Assembly (NCBI GenBank): GCA_937951345.1
Contig: CALFCF010000004.1
Coordinates: 85,341 to 149,340 of the forward strand
From: an uncultured Granulosicoccaceae bacterium
GTDB taxonomy: Bacteria > Pseudomonadota > Gammaproteobacteria > Granulosicoccales > Granulosicoccaceae
Length of the DNA stretch: 64,000 bases
Direction of reading: 5' to 3'
Each line of letters starts with the position of its first letter. The stretch's first letter is position 1. This document shows, one piece after another, positions 10,049 through 19,621 of the stretch. Made by a program: the position numbers and the translations under genes. A model generated the notes under the pieces. It saw nothing but the letters and a program-made list of their open reading frames with translations. It was not told the origin of the DNA and ran no database searches.

Positions 10049-11068
10049 CTAGGCAGCCCTGCCGTTTTGTTCTCGATCAAGCAGAACCTTTTCCCAGGCA
10101 AGCGACGTCTGCACAATAATGTCGAGATCATCGTATCGTGGCTTCCATTCAAAGGTGTCGTGTATCTTTTTGACAGCAGCAGTTAAAGACGGCGGATCAC
10201 CTGCCCTTCTTGGCTCTTCAACTACCGTGATAGGACTATCATTGTGTTTGTTAACTGCGTCGATTACCTGTCGAACGCTGTAACCCCGACCATATCCGCA
10301 GTTAACCAGGGTTGAATCACCGCCACTGCGAAGATAATCGAGTGCCGACAGATGAGCAGATGCCAGATCAGACACATGAATGTAATCACGCACACCGGTA
10401 CCGTCTGGCGTGGGATAGTCTGTACCGAACACAACAAGGTTGTCGCGTTTACCTACGGCAACCTCGGATGCCACTTTGATCAGCAACGTTGCGTTCTTGG
10501 TTGACTGACCGATCTTGCCATCCGGATCGCAACCAGCCACATTGAAGTAACGCAGAATTACATGCCGCATATCGCTGGCTGCACTAAGATCCTTCAGCAT
10601 ATGTTCCGACATCAGTTTGGACATACCGTAAGGGTTTATCGGTGCAGTCGGTAATTCCTCATGACAGGGTTCAGAAGCGTCTTCAGGTATACCGTAGGTG
10701 GCAGCAGTTGATGAAAAAATGAAATGGCTGACACCTGCATTTTGAGAGCATTCGAGCAGGTTACGCGTGGCAGCTGTGTTGTTGCGATAGTACTTCAGTG
10801 GGTTCTCAACACTTTCTGGGACGATAGTGTGAGCAGCAAAATGCATCACCGTCTGAACGTTGAAACGCTCCAATACGTCTTTAACAAGCGCTTCATCACC
10901 GGTATTACCCTCGACAAATTCCCCATACAGGACTGCGTCACGGTTACCTTTCGACAAATCATCAAGTACAACAATGGATTCGCCCCGTTCACCCAGTAGT
11001 TTTACGACATGACTGCCTATGTAACCGGCGCCACCGGTAACCAGAATTGTGCCGCTTGTATCGTGCAT
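10049..11068 (-). CDS. galE: UDP-hexose 4-epimerase (GalE family SDR), a possible PelX-like UDP-GlcNAc/GalNAc epimerase
   Basis: 339 aa with the Rossmann motif ILVTGGAGYIGSH and the YGMSKLM catalytic YxxxK. It lies 164 nt upstream of pelC on the same strand. Confidence 0.85.
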   Translation of the reverse strand: MHDTSGTILVTGGAGYIGSHVVKLLGERGESIVVLDDLSKGNRDAVLYGEFVEGNTGDEALVKDVLERFNVQTVMHFAAHTIVPESVENPLKYYRNNTAATRNLLECSQNAGVSHFIFSSTAATYGIPEDASEPCHEELPTAPINPYGMSKLMSEHMLKDLSAASDMRHVILRYFNVAGCDPDGKIGQSTKNATLLIKVASEVAVGKRDNLVVFGTDYPTPDGTGVRDYIHVSDLASAHLSALDYLRSGGDSTLVNCGYGRGYSVRQVIDAVNKHNDSPITVVEEPRRAGDPPSLTAAVKKIHDTFEWKPRYDDLDIIVQTSLAWEKVLLDREQNGRAA

Positions 11069-11252
11069 GTTGCATCAGCTCCTGCTAGTGAGGCACGCAG
11101 AAAATCGTATAACTGCGCAGCTAGAAGCTTGTTAAATTGCAGATTCAATGCCAGCAAACCGGTGAACATCGCAAGAAATTGCAACGCATTTGAATTAAGG
11201 GTGTTGCCTTACGAGCAGGAAGATCATGCAGCGATCGCGTAAAAATCGGGAG

Positions 11253-11990
11253 TTAGCCAGGCAGTGGAGCAACGGACAGCTTTCCATCCACTGCGTGACG
11301 CGCGATGGCCTCAGCCACCTTGCCAGATGTAATCATGCGTATGACAAAGTCATGGACGAAGGCCGCCGCCTCGGGCTTGCCTCGCTGGCAGCCAATGGAT
11401 TGCTGGATAGCGGTAAAACTCCCATCGAGAATCGTCGCACCTGTCATTTGCATCTGCTGTTTTTGCAATGCCGGACGCAATCCCGCGAGTACTTCAAGCC
11501 CGTCTTGCTGAAAGCGCTCAAACGACGCATCGATACTCTCGACGCGTACCAGCTCCGCCTTTTCAAGATTGTCAGTCAACCATAAATCGTAAGCGCTACG
11601 GTGTTTAACAGCGATACGATTACCGATCTGATCGACCTGATCAATCCCCTCGATAGGTGACCCGGGTGGCACCATATAGGTCGCCTGGATTTCGCAATAA
11701 GCAGGCGAAAATTGTATGGTTTTGGCTCTTTCAGGTTCAGCCGCAATGTTGCCGATGTCCCAACCGTCATCCAGAGCCGCATCCGCGAGTTCACCCGGCC
11801 CTTTAAAGGGCACCATCCGCGCGGGTACGCCCAGTTCCGCAGCCAGAGCATGACCGACGTCAGGTGACACGCCAATCGGAACACCGTTGCTGTCTCTTTC
11901 AGTAACCAACAGAAAGTTTGACAGATTGATACCCACACGTAGTTCTCCGTGAGGTGCCAGCTGTGCTTTTACGGTTTTTAAATCACTCAT
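11253..11990 (-). CDS. Family-3 solute-binding-protein-like protein with no obvious signal peptide
   Basis: 245 aa. The pattern LRVGINLSNFLLV...GVSPDVGHALAAELG...FSPAYCEIQATYMV is typical of polar amino-acid SBP folds. Confidence 0.5.
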   Translation of the reverse strand: MSDLKTVKAQLAPHGELRVGINLSNFLLVTERDSNGVPIGVSPDVGHALAAELGVPARMVPFKGPGELADAALDDGWDIGNIAAEPERAKTIQFSPAYCEIQATYMVPPGSPIEGIDQVDQIGNRIAVKHRSAYDLWLTDNLEKAELVRVESIDASFERFQQDGLEVLAGLRPALQKQQMQMTGATILDGSFTAIQQSIGCQRGKPEAAAFVHDFVIRMITSGKVAEAIARHAVDGKLSVAPLPG

Positions 11991-12193
11991 GTGACTCTCT
12001 GGTATAAGTCTGTATTATGGATCGGTATCAGCACGATAGTAGTCGATCACTGCAAAAAAATAATCTCGGCGTTACAATATCAGCGTGAAATAGCCGTGAT
12101 ATTAGCCGTGATACTCAACAGATTAATTTCGGGGCCATACCTGGAGCCTAATCTATTGCTTCAATATACCCGAAGATAGTAACCTCAGGCGTT

Positions 12194-12808
12194 ATGAGCG
12201 ACAAACTTGAACAAACCATCCAGCGTCTGGTTGCGTCGAAAAGCGACGAGGAAGCCAAACAGGTTTATGCCGAATGGCAGAGTTATGATTCCGACCTGGA
12301 TGCTTATGGCTATATCGCACCGCAGTTGATGGCAAATAAGCTCATCGCGGAAATCGATGATCCAGGCGCGCTAATTTACGATGCCGGATGCGGTACCGGA
12401 AAGGTCGGTGCTGCGCTGCATACCGCTGGCTATCAACAGCTCGAAGGTGGCGACCTGTCTGAATCAATGCTGGAACGGGCTGAAGCACTGGGGGTTTACC
12501 AACACCTGTCGGTTGCCGATTTCGCTCAACGTTTAGACTATAACGATAACTATTTCGATGCAGCCATTTCGGTAGGTGTGTGGAAAGATCATTTCGGGCT
12601 CGTTTTAACCAACGAGCTCCTGCGGATCGTTAAACCGGGCGGACACGTTGCATTGAGCATAAGACCCCAGTTTATGCCCGCGTTCGACGCTATCGCGGAT
12701 ACATTGACGAAAGACAAAGCAATCCGTATCTGTTGTAACGATCTCGACGATTATATAAAAGGTCAGCAATCAACTGCGCACTATGTTGTCATGCAAAAGC
12801 TGGTTTAG
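12194..12808 (+). CDS. Class I SAM-dependent methyltransferase
   Basis: 204 aa with SAM motif I LIYDAGCGTGKVG, an acidic loop (GGDLSESM) and post-I motifs. Confidence 0.75.
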   Translation: MSDKLEQTIQRLVASKSDEEAKQVYAEWQSYDSDLDAYGYIAPQLMANKLIAEIDDPGALIYDAGCGTGKVGAALHTAGYQQLEGGDLSESMLERAEALGVYQHLSVADFAQRLDYNDNYFDAAISVGVWKDHFGLVLTNELLRIVKPGGHVALSIRPQFMPAFDAIADTLTKDKAIRICCNDLDDYIKGQQSTAHYVVMQKLV

Positions 12809-12823
12809 CACCGCTGCAAACCG

Positions 12824-13534
12824 GTGCATACAACAGTGAACGCTCATCCAGTAGATGATGCAAAACCTGTTTATGAACCTTTGCTCGAACTTGTCGTGCA
12901 AGCTTGCAAGCATTGGTCAACTGATTTTCCCGCACAGTTTTATCCCGCTCTAGACACCTGTAGTGATAACTGGATTGAATTACGGGATACAAGCCAGCCA
13001 GCACAATTGCGTTGTCGTGCAATCGCCACGCGCGTACTCGATAAACTGGACACGGTATCTACCCAAGAAAAAAAAGTATTCGCCCCACTAATCAAGGCGC
13101 TGACAAACTGCCACACGTCACTTTACTGGGAACAAAGTTATACCCGGCAGGACGGTGTTGTCAGCGATATCATGCTCGAGGGTTACACATTCGCAGAACT
13201 GGTGGGCAGTTGTGGGCCGGCTTTCAGCAAGCAAATTCGGATCGGTTTTGGTCTATGGGATGCCGGCATTCACTATCCGCAGCACGCGCACCTGGCTGAA
13301 GAAGTCTATTGCGTGCTTGACGGAACAGCGACATTTACTGTGGGTTCATCCACTGTGACGGCTTCTGCCGGTCAGGCCGTCTATGTGCCACACAACGAAC
13401 CACATAGCTTCATAACCCGCTCAAGCCCGCTATTGATAATGTATTTGTGGCAGGGAGGTGACCTGCGACAGAAATCTGTGTTTAATGCTGATACAACAAC
13501 ACAAGAAAGTGAAACTGCCGGGCATCAACCATGA
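12824..13534 (+). CDS. Cupin-superfamily protein with a DMSP-lyase-type (DddL/DddW/DddK-like) metal motif
   Basis: 236 aa with a GTG start. HYPQHAHLAEEVYCVLDG fits HxHxxxExY, and a second cupin motif is GQAVYVPHNEPHSF. The size is similar to DddL (~230 aa). Confidence 0.5.
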   Translation: MHTTVNAHPVDDAKPVYEPLLELVVQACKHWSTDFPAQFYPALDTCSDNWIELRDTSQPAQLRCRAIATRVLDKLDTVSTQEKKVFAPLIKALTNCHTSLYWEQSYTRQDGVVSDIMLEGYTFAELVGSCGPAFSKQIRIGFGLWDAGIHYPQHAHLAEEVYCVLDGTATFTVGSSTVTASAGQAVYVPHNEPHSFITRSSPLLIMYLWQGGDLRQKSVFNADTTTQESETAGHQP

Positions 13535-14028
13535 CTGCAACAGACCAAAACTCCTACCCCGAAGAAAAGGCCATCGCTGATCTGGAATCAGTAAGTGCTG
13601 AGGATTTCGGTAGATCGTTAAATGGTATCGGGCTTAATCTGCTAACCCGCGATGTGCTGTCTCTGCAGACGTTTTTATCTGACGTGTTTGCGATGCGCGC
13701 GTCACGGGTATCAAAGGACTTTGCCATCATGCATTACGCAGATACCGTGTTCCAGCTCCACGCCGATGCTACGTTTCACAGCAACCCTTTATTGTCCGTT
13801 TTACCTGAGAGTGGATTACGTGGTGCCGGTATTGAAATAAGGCTGTACCAGACAGACCCAGACATCGCCGCGGACGCTGCCGGCTCACATTCGCATGAGT
13901 GTCTTTTGCTACAGGCGCCAACAAACAAACCCCATGGATTGCGGGAATGTATCATACTCTGCGAGAACGGCTACGCTTGGGTACCAAGCCGGCCATTAAC
14001 AGACGCTGAATCAGCAGCGGTTGCGTGA
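13531..14028 (+). CDS. Hypothetical protein, possibly glyoxalase/VOC-like
   Basis: 165 aa. Its start overlaps the cupin stop by 4 nt (ATGA). The beta-alpha-beta pattern (FAIMHYADTVFQLHAD...GIEIRLY...) only weakly suggests a VOC fold. Confidence 0.35.
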   Translation: MTATDQNSYPEEKAIADLESVSAEDFGRSLNGIGLNLLTRDVLSLQTFLSDVFAMRASRVSKDFAIMHYADTVFQLHADATFHSNPLLSVLPESGLRGAGIEIRLYQTDPDIAADAAGSHSHECLLLQAPTNKPHGLRECIILCENGYAWVPSRPLTDAESAAVA

Positions 14029-14113
14029 TAGGTGCACCGAATTAAAGACGACGATAGATACCAATGCATTACGGTTTAATTGCAAGGCTTATGACGGAAA
14101 CGACCAAAAAAAA

Positions 14114-15040
14114 ATGACTGCATTTGAGAATATTCAAACACGCATCAATGCCGGTGAAAAAATCTGGCTGGACGCCGGTAACGGCACAGAGTTGCAGGAA
14201 CGTGGCGTTGCAATGCATCCGGATGTCTGGTGCGGTGTTGCTCACATGCAGCAACCGCAAACCATGATTGATATTCATGCAGACTATATAAAGGCAGGCG
14301 CTGACATTATCACGACCAACACGTTTTCATCCAATCGCAATATGATGGGCCCGGCCGGTCTTGGTGATCAGGTAGAAGACACGATACAAACCGGTGTTCG
14401 ATTAGCACAACAGGCGCGGGCCTCCGTTGATGCCGATGAACGGGTGGCTATCGCCGGCTCCATGTCGCATCAGGTACCGGTAATACTCGGCAGCAATACC
14501 CGCGATCCGGATACGGTGCCAGACACTGATATCGCAGCACAGAATTTTGTCGAAATGACCGGAATACTGGCAATGAGCGGTGTTGATTTGATACTGCTTG
14601 AAATGATGTCAGATCTAAATCTGGTTCCGGCTGCAAAAAATGCAGCAGTTCAAACAGGTCTACCTGTGTGGATGGGCATGTGTTGCAAGCGTGGTGATTC
14701 CGGTGAACTTGTCAACTATGTCAACCCTGCCGTAAGTTTTAACGATACCTGTGCACAACTGATCGACGACAGCATTGCGGCTGTCGGCATCATGCATACC
14801 AGTATCGATTGTATTGACGATGCTGTCGCGACAATTCGCAAACACTGGTCAGGGCCGGTTATGGTATATCCTGACAGTGGGCATTTCACCATGCCCAAGT
14901 GGCATTTCGAAACCGTGATATCACCCGAGGCTTACGCTGAACACATGAAACGCTGGGCTGATGCCGGTGTACAGATTCTGGGTGCGTGTTGTGGCATGGG
15001 TGTTAAACACATAGACGCCTGCGTGCGCAAGCTTGGCTGA
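14114..15040 (+). CDS. mmuM: Homocysteine S-methyltransferase (MmuM/BHMT family)
   Basis: The track ORF is 14021..15040. I prefer ATG 14114 (MTAFENIQTRINAGEKIWLDAGNGTELQERG). The C-terminal zinc-site signature is ILGACCGMGVKHI, and DIITTNTF is also present. Confidence 0.8.
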   Translation: MTAFENIQTRINAGEKIWLDAGNGTELQERGVAMHPDVWCGVAHMQQPQTMIDIHADYIKAGADIITTNTFSSNRNMMGPAGLGDQVEDTIQTGVRLAQQARASVDADERVAIAGSMSHQVPVILGSNTRDPDTVPDTDIAAQNFVEMTGILAMSGVDLILLEMMSDLNLVPAAKNAAVQTGLPVWMGMCCKRGDSGELVNYVNPAVSFNDTCAQLIDDSIAAVGIMHTSIDCIDDAVATIRKHWSGPVMVYPDSGHFTMPKWHFETVISPEAYAEHMKRWADAGVQILGACCGMGVKHIDACVRKLG

Positions 15041-15136
15041 GCACCTCAACTTCAGATTTCTACCGGAGAGCAACCGCTGACTTCCCAACGTTCAACCAAT
15101 CTGTTACGAGAAGATCTTTGCACGCTGGCGCGTTCT

Positions 15137-15730
15137 TTGTTTGATCGTGGCCTGACAGCCGGCAGTACCGGTAATCTATCTGCGAAAACACCGGACGGCG
15201 GACTACTGGTTTCACCAACAGGCACCTGTTTCGGTCGTCTCGATCCGGCGCGACTGAGTTATTTCGATAGCAGTGGACAGTTTGTCAGCGGCGATAAACC
15301 CACCAAAGAAATGCCACTGCACTCCGCTTTTTATGAAACACGCGGCGATGCACAAGCGGTCGTACATCTGCATTCATGCCATTCAGTCGCATTATCCCTG
15401 GTACAGTCGGATACAAATGAAGATTTTCTTCAACCACTGACCCCGTATGCAATCATGCAGCTCGGTCATGTCAAGCTACTGCCCTACTTTCAACCCGGTG
15501 ACGCAGCTATGGGTGAGGCTGTGCGTAATCTAAAAGGCAAACATCACGCGGTCATGCTGGCCAATCACGGCCCTGTTGTTGCCGGCAAGTCACTGGATGC
15601 CGCTTGCAACGCCATTGAAGAGCTGGAGGCAACTGCCAGACTAAGCCTGCTTGTGCAAGGCCAGAATCCGCGTTTGTTGACCGACAAACAGATAGCCGAC
15701 CTGGTTCAGACCTTTAACATTGACTGGTAA
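15137..15730 (+). CDS. Class II aldolase/adducin-family protein (start uncertain)
   Basis: Motifs GSTGNLSAK and VVHLHS support the family. The frame is open from 15041 with no upstream ATG or GTG. Candidate starts are TTG 15137, CTG 15101 and CTG 15077. Confidence 0.7.
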   Translation: MFDRGLTAGSTGNLSAKTPDGGLLVSPTGTCFGRLDPARLSYFDSSGQFVSGDKPTKEMPLHSAFYETRGDAQAVVHLHSCHSVALSLVQSDTNEDFLQPLTPYAIMQLGHVKLLPYFQPGDAAMGEAVRNLKGKHHAVMLANHGPVVAGKSLDAACNAIEELEATARLSLLVQGQNPRLLTDKQIADLVQTFNIDW

Positions 15731-15799
15731 TGCATTCGCTACCCACCCGTTACCCACCGGTTAACAGGCAACAGTGCAAACCGGCCGGCGCTTAACTCC

Positions 15800-16432
15800 A
15801 TGAAGAACCATCTTGTACTGTTCGCGCGGGCACCTCGCATCGGTAAAGTTAAAACACGGTTGGCGAGTGATATCGGTAAAACTGCAGCGCTACATTTCTA
15901 CCGGCGAAACCTTTTACGCATGCAGTATCAATTGAGTCGTGGCCCATGGACGTGCACCGTAGCGGTCGCATCTGCAGGTGACTGTCATCACAATGCTTTT
16001 AAAGGCCAACAGGTTATTGTTCAGCCGCCCGGTGATATCGGTAAACGTATGCGTGACACACTGACAACGTTTCGATCGGATCGCTGCGTTATCGTCGGCA
16101 GTGACATTCCGTACATAACGCACGAGCACATCAGACGGGCCTTTCACGCGCTGAATAATAAAGACTTTGTCTTCGGTCCAGCCACGGACGGAGGCTTCTG
16201 GCTGGTGGGCCGGCGACCATTGGCACAACCCGGTCACCGTTTTATGCGAAACGTACGCTGGTCGAGCCGCTTTGCACTGGAGGACACGCTGAACAGTCTT
16301 CCACCGCAACAACAAACTGCGCTGATCGACACCTTATCGGATGTTGACGATGGCGATGAGTACCGTATTTACTGTGAATGGCTGGAAGCGAAGAAGCCGT
16401 CAATAAAACCGGCCTTTCAATCTGCCGGCTAG
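15800..16432 (+). CDS. DUF2064 / TIGR04282-type glycosyltransferase-like protein
   Basis: 210 aa. The N-terminus LVLFARAPRIGKVKTRLA is characteristic of DUF2064. Confidence 0.6.
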   Translation: MKNHLVLFARAPRIGKVKTRLASDIGKTAALHFYRRNLLRMQYQLSRGPWTCTVAVASAGDCHHNAFKGQQVIVQPPGDIGKRMRDTLTTFRSDRCVIVGSDIPYITHEHIRRAFHALNNKDFVFGPATDGGFWLVGRRPLAQPGHRFMRNVRWSSRFALEDTLNSLPPQQQTALIDTLSDVDDGDEYRIYCEWLEAKKPSIKPAFQSAG

Positions 16433-16466
16433 CTGGATCGATAAATCAACTATCACGAGAACAACC

Positions 16467-17438
16467 ATGACAAACCCGGACAACGACATTCTTGTCGATC
16501 AGGCACTGGCCTCCAAAAACGCTATGCCAGCCGCGAGCGAACCGACTTTCTCAGGTGTTTGTAGTTTATTCCGTCGACGCTTCAGTAAAGATCTAAGCGC
16601 TGTCGATATCGCGACGCTCGGTGTGCCCTACGATTTGTCAGTGACTAATCGCCCCGGTACCCGGTTTGGTCCGCGTGCAATTCGCGAAGCCTCCAGTAAC
16701 CTCAGCTGGATGGGTGCAGCATGGCCATGGGGGTTTGATCCATTCGAATCACTCACTATGGTTGATTACGGTGATTTGCTGATCGATCACGGCTATCCGC
16801 AATCGATACTCGATAATGTGTTTGAGGAGGTTAAAACCGTACTCGAATCCAACGCTTTTTTACTTTCCATGGGTGGAGATCACTCGGTTTCCTATCCGTT
16901 AATACGTGCCCACGCGGAAAAATATGGACCCGTTGCACTTGTACAATTCGATGCGCACTCTGATACCTGGGAAGAGCCGGACAAGCGCATCGACCATGGC
17001 ACTATGTTTTACCACGCGATACAGGAAGGGTTTATAGACAGTAAACGCTCGGTGCAGATTGGTATCAGAACATTAAACGACAGTTCACACGGCTGCACCA
17101 TTCTTGATGCTGCATACGTGCACCAGCACAGAAGCGAAGACATTGCTAAAAAAATTCACGAAGTAACCGGCGACGGTCCGACGTATGTCACATTGGATAT
17201 TGACGCACTCGATCCAGCGTACGCTCCGGGCACCGGGACACCGGTGTGCGGAGGACTCTCAACATGGCAACTACAATCGATACTCCGCCTGATGCAGAAC
17301 ATCAATATCGTCGGCATGGATCTGGTTGAAGTGTCACCACCGTATGATCACGCAGGTATCACCGCATTGGCAGCCAGCACACTGTTGATGGATTGTATTT
17401 GTTTACGAAAAGCGCGCCTTGACTATCTGGCATCTTAA
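16467..17438 (+). CDS. Ureohydrolase (agmatinase / guanidino-acid hydrolase family)
   Basis: 323 aa with Mn-binding motifs GGDHSVSYP, FDAHSDT, TLDIDALDP and DLVEVSPPYD. Confidence 0.85.
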   Translation: MTNPDNDILVDQALASKNAMPAASEPTFSGVCSLFRRRFSKDLSAVDIATLGVPYDLSVTNRPGTRFGPRAIREASSNLSWMGAAWPWGFDPFESLTMVDYGDLLIDHGYPQSILDNVFEEVKTVLESNAFLLSMGGDHSVSYPLIRAHAEKYGPVALVQFDAHSDTWEEPDKRIDHGTMFYHAIQEGFIDSKRSVQIGIRTLNDSSHGCTILDAAYVHQHRSEDIAKKIHEVTGDGPTYVTLDIDALDPAYAPGTGTPVCGGLSTWQLQSILRLMQNINIVGMDLVEVSPPYDHAGITALAASTLLMDCICLRKARLDYLAS

Positions 17439-17489
17439 ATTACAGATATCCGACACTACACATTCCTGCAGTAGTAACTGCGCACACAG

Positions 17490-18656
17490 TTAGTGATCAA
17501 ATACGATCACACTGCGGGCAACACTACCCGTCAGCATTTCATCATAAGCACTGTTGACATCTTCAAGCGTAACGCGTTTTGAGATCATCTTGTCCAGATG
17601 CAATCGTCCCTGCAGGTAAAAATCAACCAGCATGGGCATATCAAGTCGGAAAACGTTTGAGCCCATGTTACAACCCACCAGACGCCGGTCATCAATCAGC
17701 GACGCGCCACTGATGTTGATCGTCTGGTTTTCCGGCACCATACCGATCACACAGGCTGTGCCCGAAGGACGCAACATACCAAAGGCCTGTTCAGCAGTGG
17801 TCTTTGTACCAAGCGCTTCAAAACTGTAGTCTACGCCGCCGTCTGTCATGTCAATTATTCTGTCGACAATATCGGGCCCGGTCAGCACACCTTCGGTAGC
17901 ACCAAATTCGCGTGCCAGCGCCAGCTTCTGATCTTGCGTGTCAATCGCAATGATGCGAGCCGCCCCGGCAATGGCAGCGCCATTAACTGCAGATAAGCCA
18001 ATGCCACCACAGCCTATGACAACCACAGTCGCGCCCGGTTTAACAGCTGCAGTATTAAAAACCGCACCGACACCGGTCATTACCGCACAGCCAATCAATG
18101 CGGCACGATCGAGCGGCATATCTTCAGAAATTTTTACCAATGCCTGTTCAGGCAACAGCATAGCTTCAGCGAAAGAACCCAACTCGTAGGCCAGATGAAT
18201 TTGCTGCCCGTTCTGCTGAACGCGCGGTCTATTACTGTCAGGACGCAGTAGACGGTCTGTTTGTTCACAACTGTAAGCTTGACCGCGTAAACAGTAACGA
18301 CAGGAGCCACAAAACATCGACATGCAACTGATGACTCGGTCGCCCGGTTTTAAATAACTAACACCCTTACCAACCTGTTCAACAATGCCTGCCGCTTCAT
18401 GACCCATGATGCTCGGCAACGGTGTTGCATAAGCTCCATTCATAAAATGGTAGTCACTGTGACATACACCCGCAGCAGCAGTACGGACCAGTACTTCACC
18501 GTATTGCGGCTCGTCTATGTCGACCGACTCCACGCTCAGTGGTTGCTTGGTTTGCCGGAGAATGGCGGCAGATATTGTGGTCACAGGTACTCGTAAACAG
18601 CGATCAGAATATGCAGTAGAAAACGTTTTCCTGTGCTTGTCAATGTCATCTGTCAA
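17490..18656 (-). CDS. Zn-dependent alcohol dehydrogenase (MDR family). The true start is probably GTG at 18584.
   Basis: Motifs are GVCHSDYHF, the structural-Zn cluster CGSCRYCLRGQAYSC, and VIGCGGIGLS. The long start would sit 6 nt after an upstream terminator. GTG 18584 gives MTTISAAILRQ..., a typical ADH N-terminus. Confidence 0.85.
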   Translation of the reverse strand: MTDDIDKHRKTFSTAYSDRCLRVPVTTISAAILRQTKQPLSVESVDIDEPQYGEVLVRTAAAGVCHSDYHFMNGAYATPLPSIMGHEAAGIVEQVGKGVSYLKPGDRVISCMSMFCGSCRYCLRGQAYSCEQTDRLLRPDSNRPRVQQNGQQIHLAYELGSFAEAMLLPEQALVKISEDMPLDRAALIGCAVMTGVGAVFNTAAVKPGATVVVIGCGGIGLSAVNGAAIAGAARIIAIDTQDQKLALAREFGATEGVLTGPDIVDRIIDMTDGGVDYSFEALGTKTTAEQAFGMLRPSGTACVIGMVPENQTINISGASLIDDRRLVGCNMGSNVFRLDMPMLVDFYLQGRLHLDKMISKRVTLEDVNSAYDEMLTGSVARSVIVFDH

Positions 18657-18661
18657 ACCAC

Positions 18662-18694
18662 AAAAAAAGCCGCACCCCGGAGGAAAGGTGCGGC
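18662..18694 (-). terminator. Rho-independent terminator downstream of the DM13 gene
   Basis: On the minus strand the stem GCCGCACC/GGTGCGGC has a 10-nt loop and is followed by TTTTTTTG. Confidence 0.7.
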
Positions 18695-18787
18695 CCTTCT
18701 AATGCTTAACTATTAGTAGCGGTCGATCACATAGATCTGGAACAAACGCGAGAGACAGATCGTGTCATGCGTCGATACTCAAACTGA

Positions 18788-19225
18788 TCAGATTGCCGAA
18801 CCACCCCAGAGAACTGAGTAGGCTTCACAGTGAATCAGTATGGAGCTGAAGTCACTGAGTGAAACACCCTGCGGCAATACATACTCTTGTGCACCTTTGT
18901 TGCTCGCCAGAACATCAAGTTTGATGGCATCCTGTGTTGCATTACGACCGTTCACGTTGGCAATATCTTTTCGCGAAAGAAATACTTTTAAATCGGGCCC
19001 TGATTTAGTCTTGAAATCATCGGAGAAGCGGATAACTGTTTGACCATTCTTTTGCTTAACTTCCCAGCCGCCCTGAATGGAGTACTGTTTACCCACCCAT
19101 CCTCCCTGGCTGAGAACTTCAGCAGATACCTTGGAAGACATAAACATCAGCGAAAGCGCGAGCAGAAAAGTTATACCAACACTCATGATGATATTTTGCG
19201 GACGGATTGCGTTTGCAGTGTTCAT
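18788..19225 (-). CDS. Secreted DM13-domain protein
   Basis: 145 aa with a signal peptide. The sequence GPDLKVFLS...ILIHCEAYSVLWG is typical of the DM13 domain. Confidence 0.6.
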   Translation of the reverse strand: MNTANAIRPQNIIMSVGITFLLALSLMFMSSKVSAEVLSQGGWVGKQYSIQGGWEVKQKNGQTVIRFSDDFKTKSGPDLKVFLSRKDIANVNGRNATQDAIKLDVLASNKGAQEYVLPQGVSLSDFSSILIHCEAYSVLWGGSAI

Positions 19226-19621
19226 ATAGGGTTCCTCTATCGTGTTTTCTTTAAATTAAAAACCAGCCAGGTTAACGATAAGCGCGTTTCAGCGAACATC
19301 ACTGTTACCTTCTGTGTTGTAGCTTTAGTGCCACTACACGCACCCAAGTTCCCGTGTACTTACAGCAATTTTCGATAGTTGTGAGCGAATATTTCTATCG
19401 GTCATATCCTTCGGTTGCTTTTCCGGGATTTGAGCCGGATTTGCTCATATATGGAGACAAAGAAGGCTAACAATAGGCGAATTTGAATTAGTTCCGTAAT
19501 TTTGCAGAATTGGTATATTTGTCGGTTTTTTCACACTTTGAGTGACGATTCCACAGGTTCCGGATAGACTTAATTCACGGTAAGACATCATGCCATTGCC
19601 GAATCACAGGGGACCGATAAT

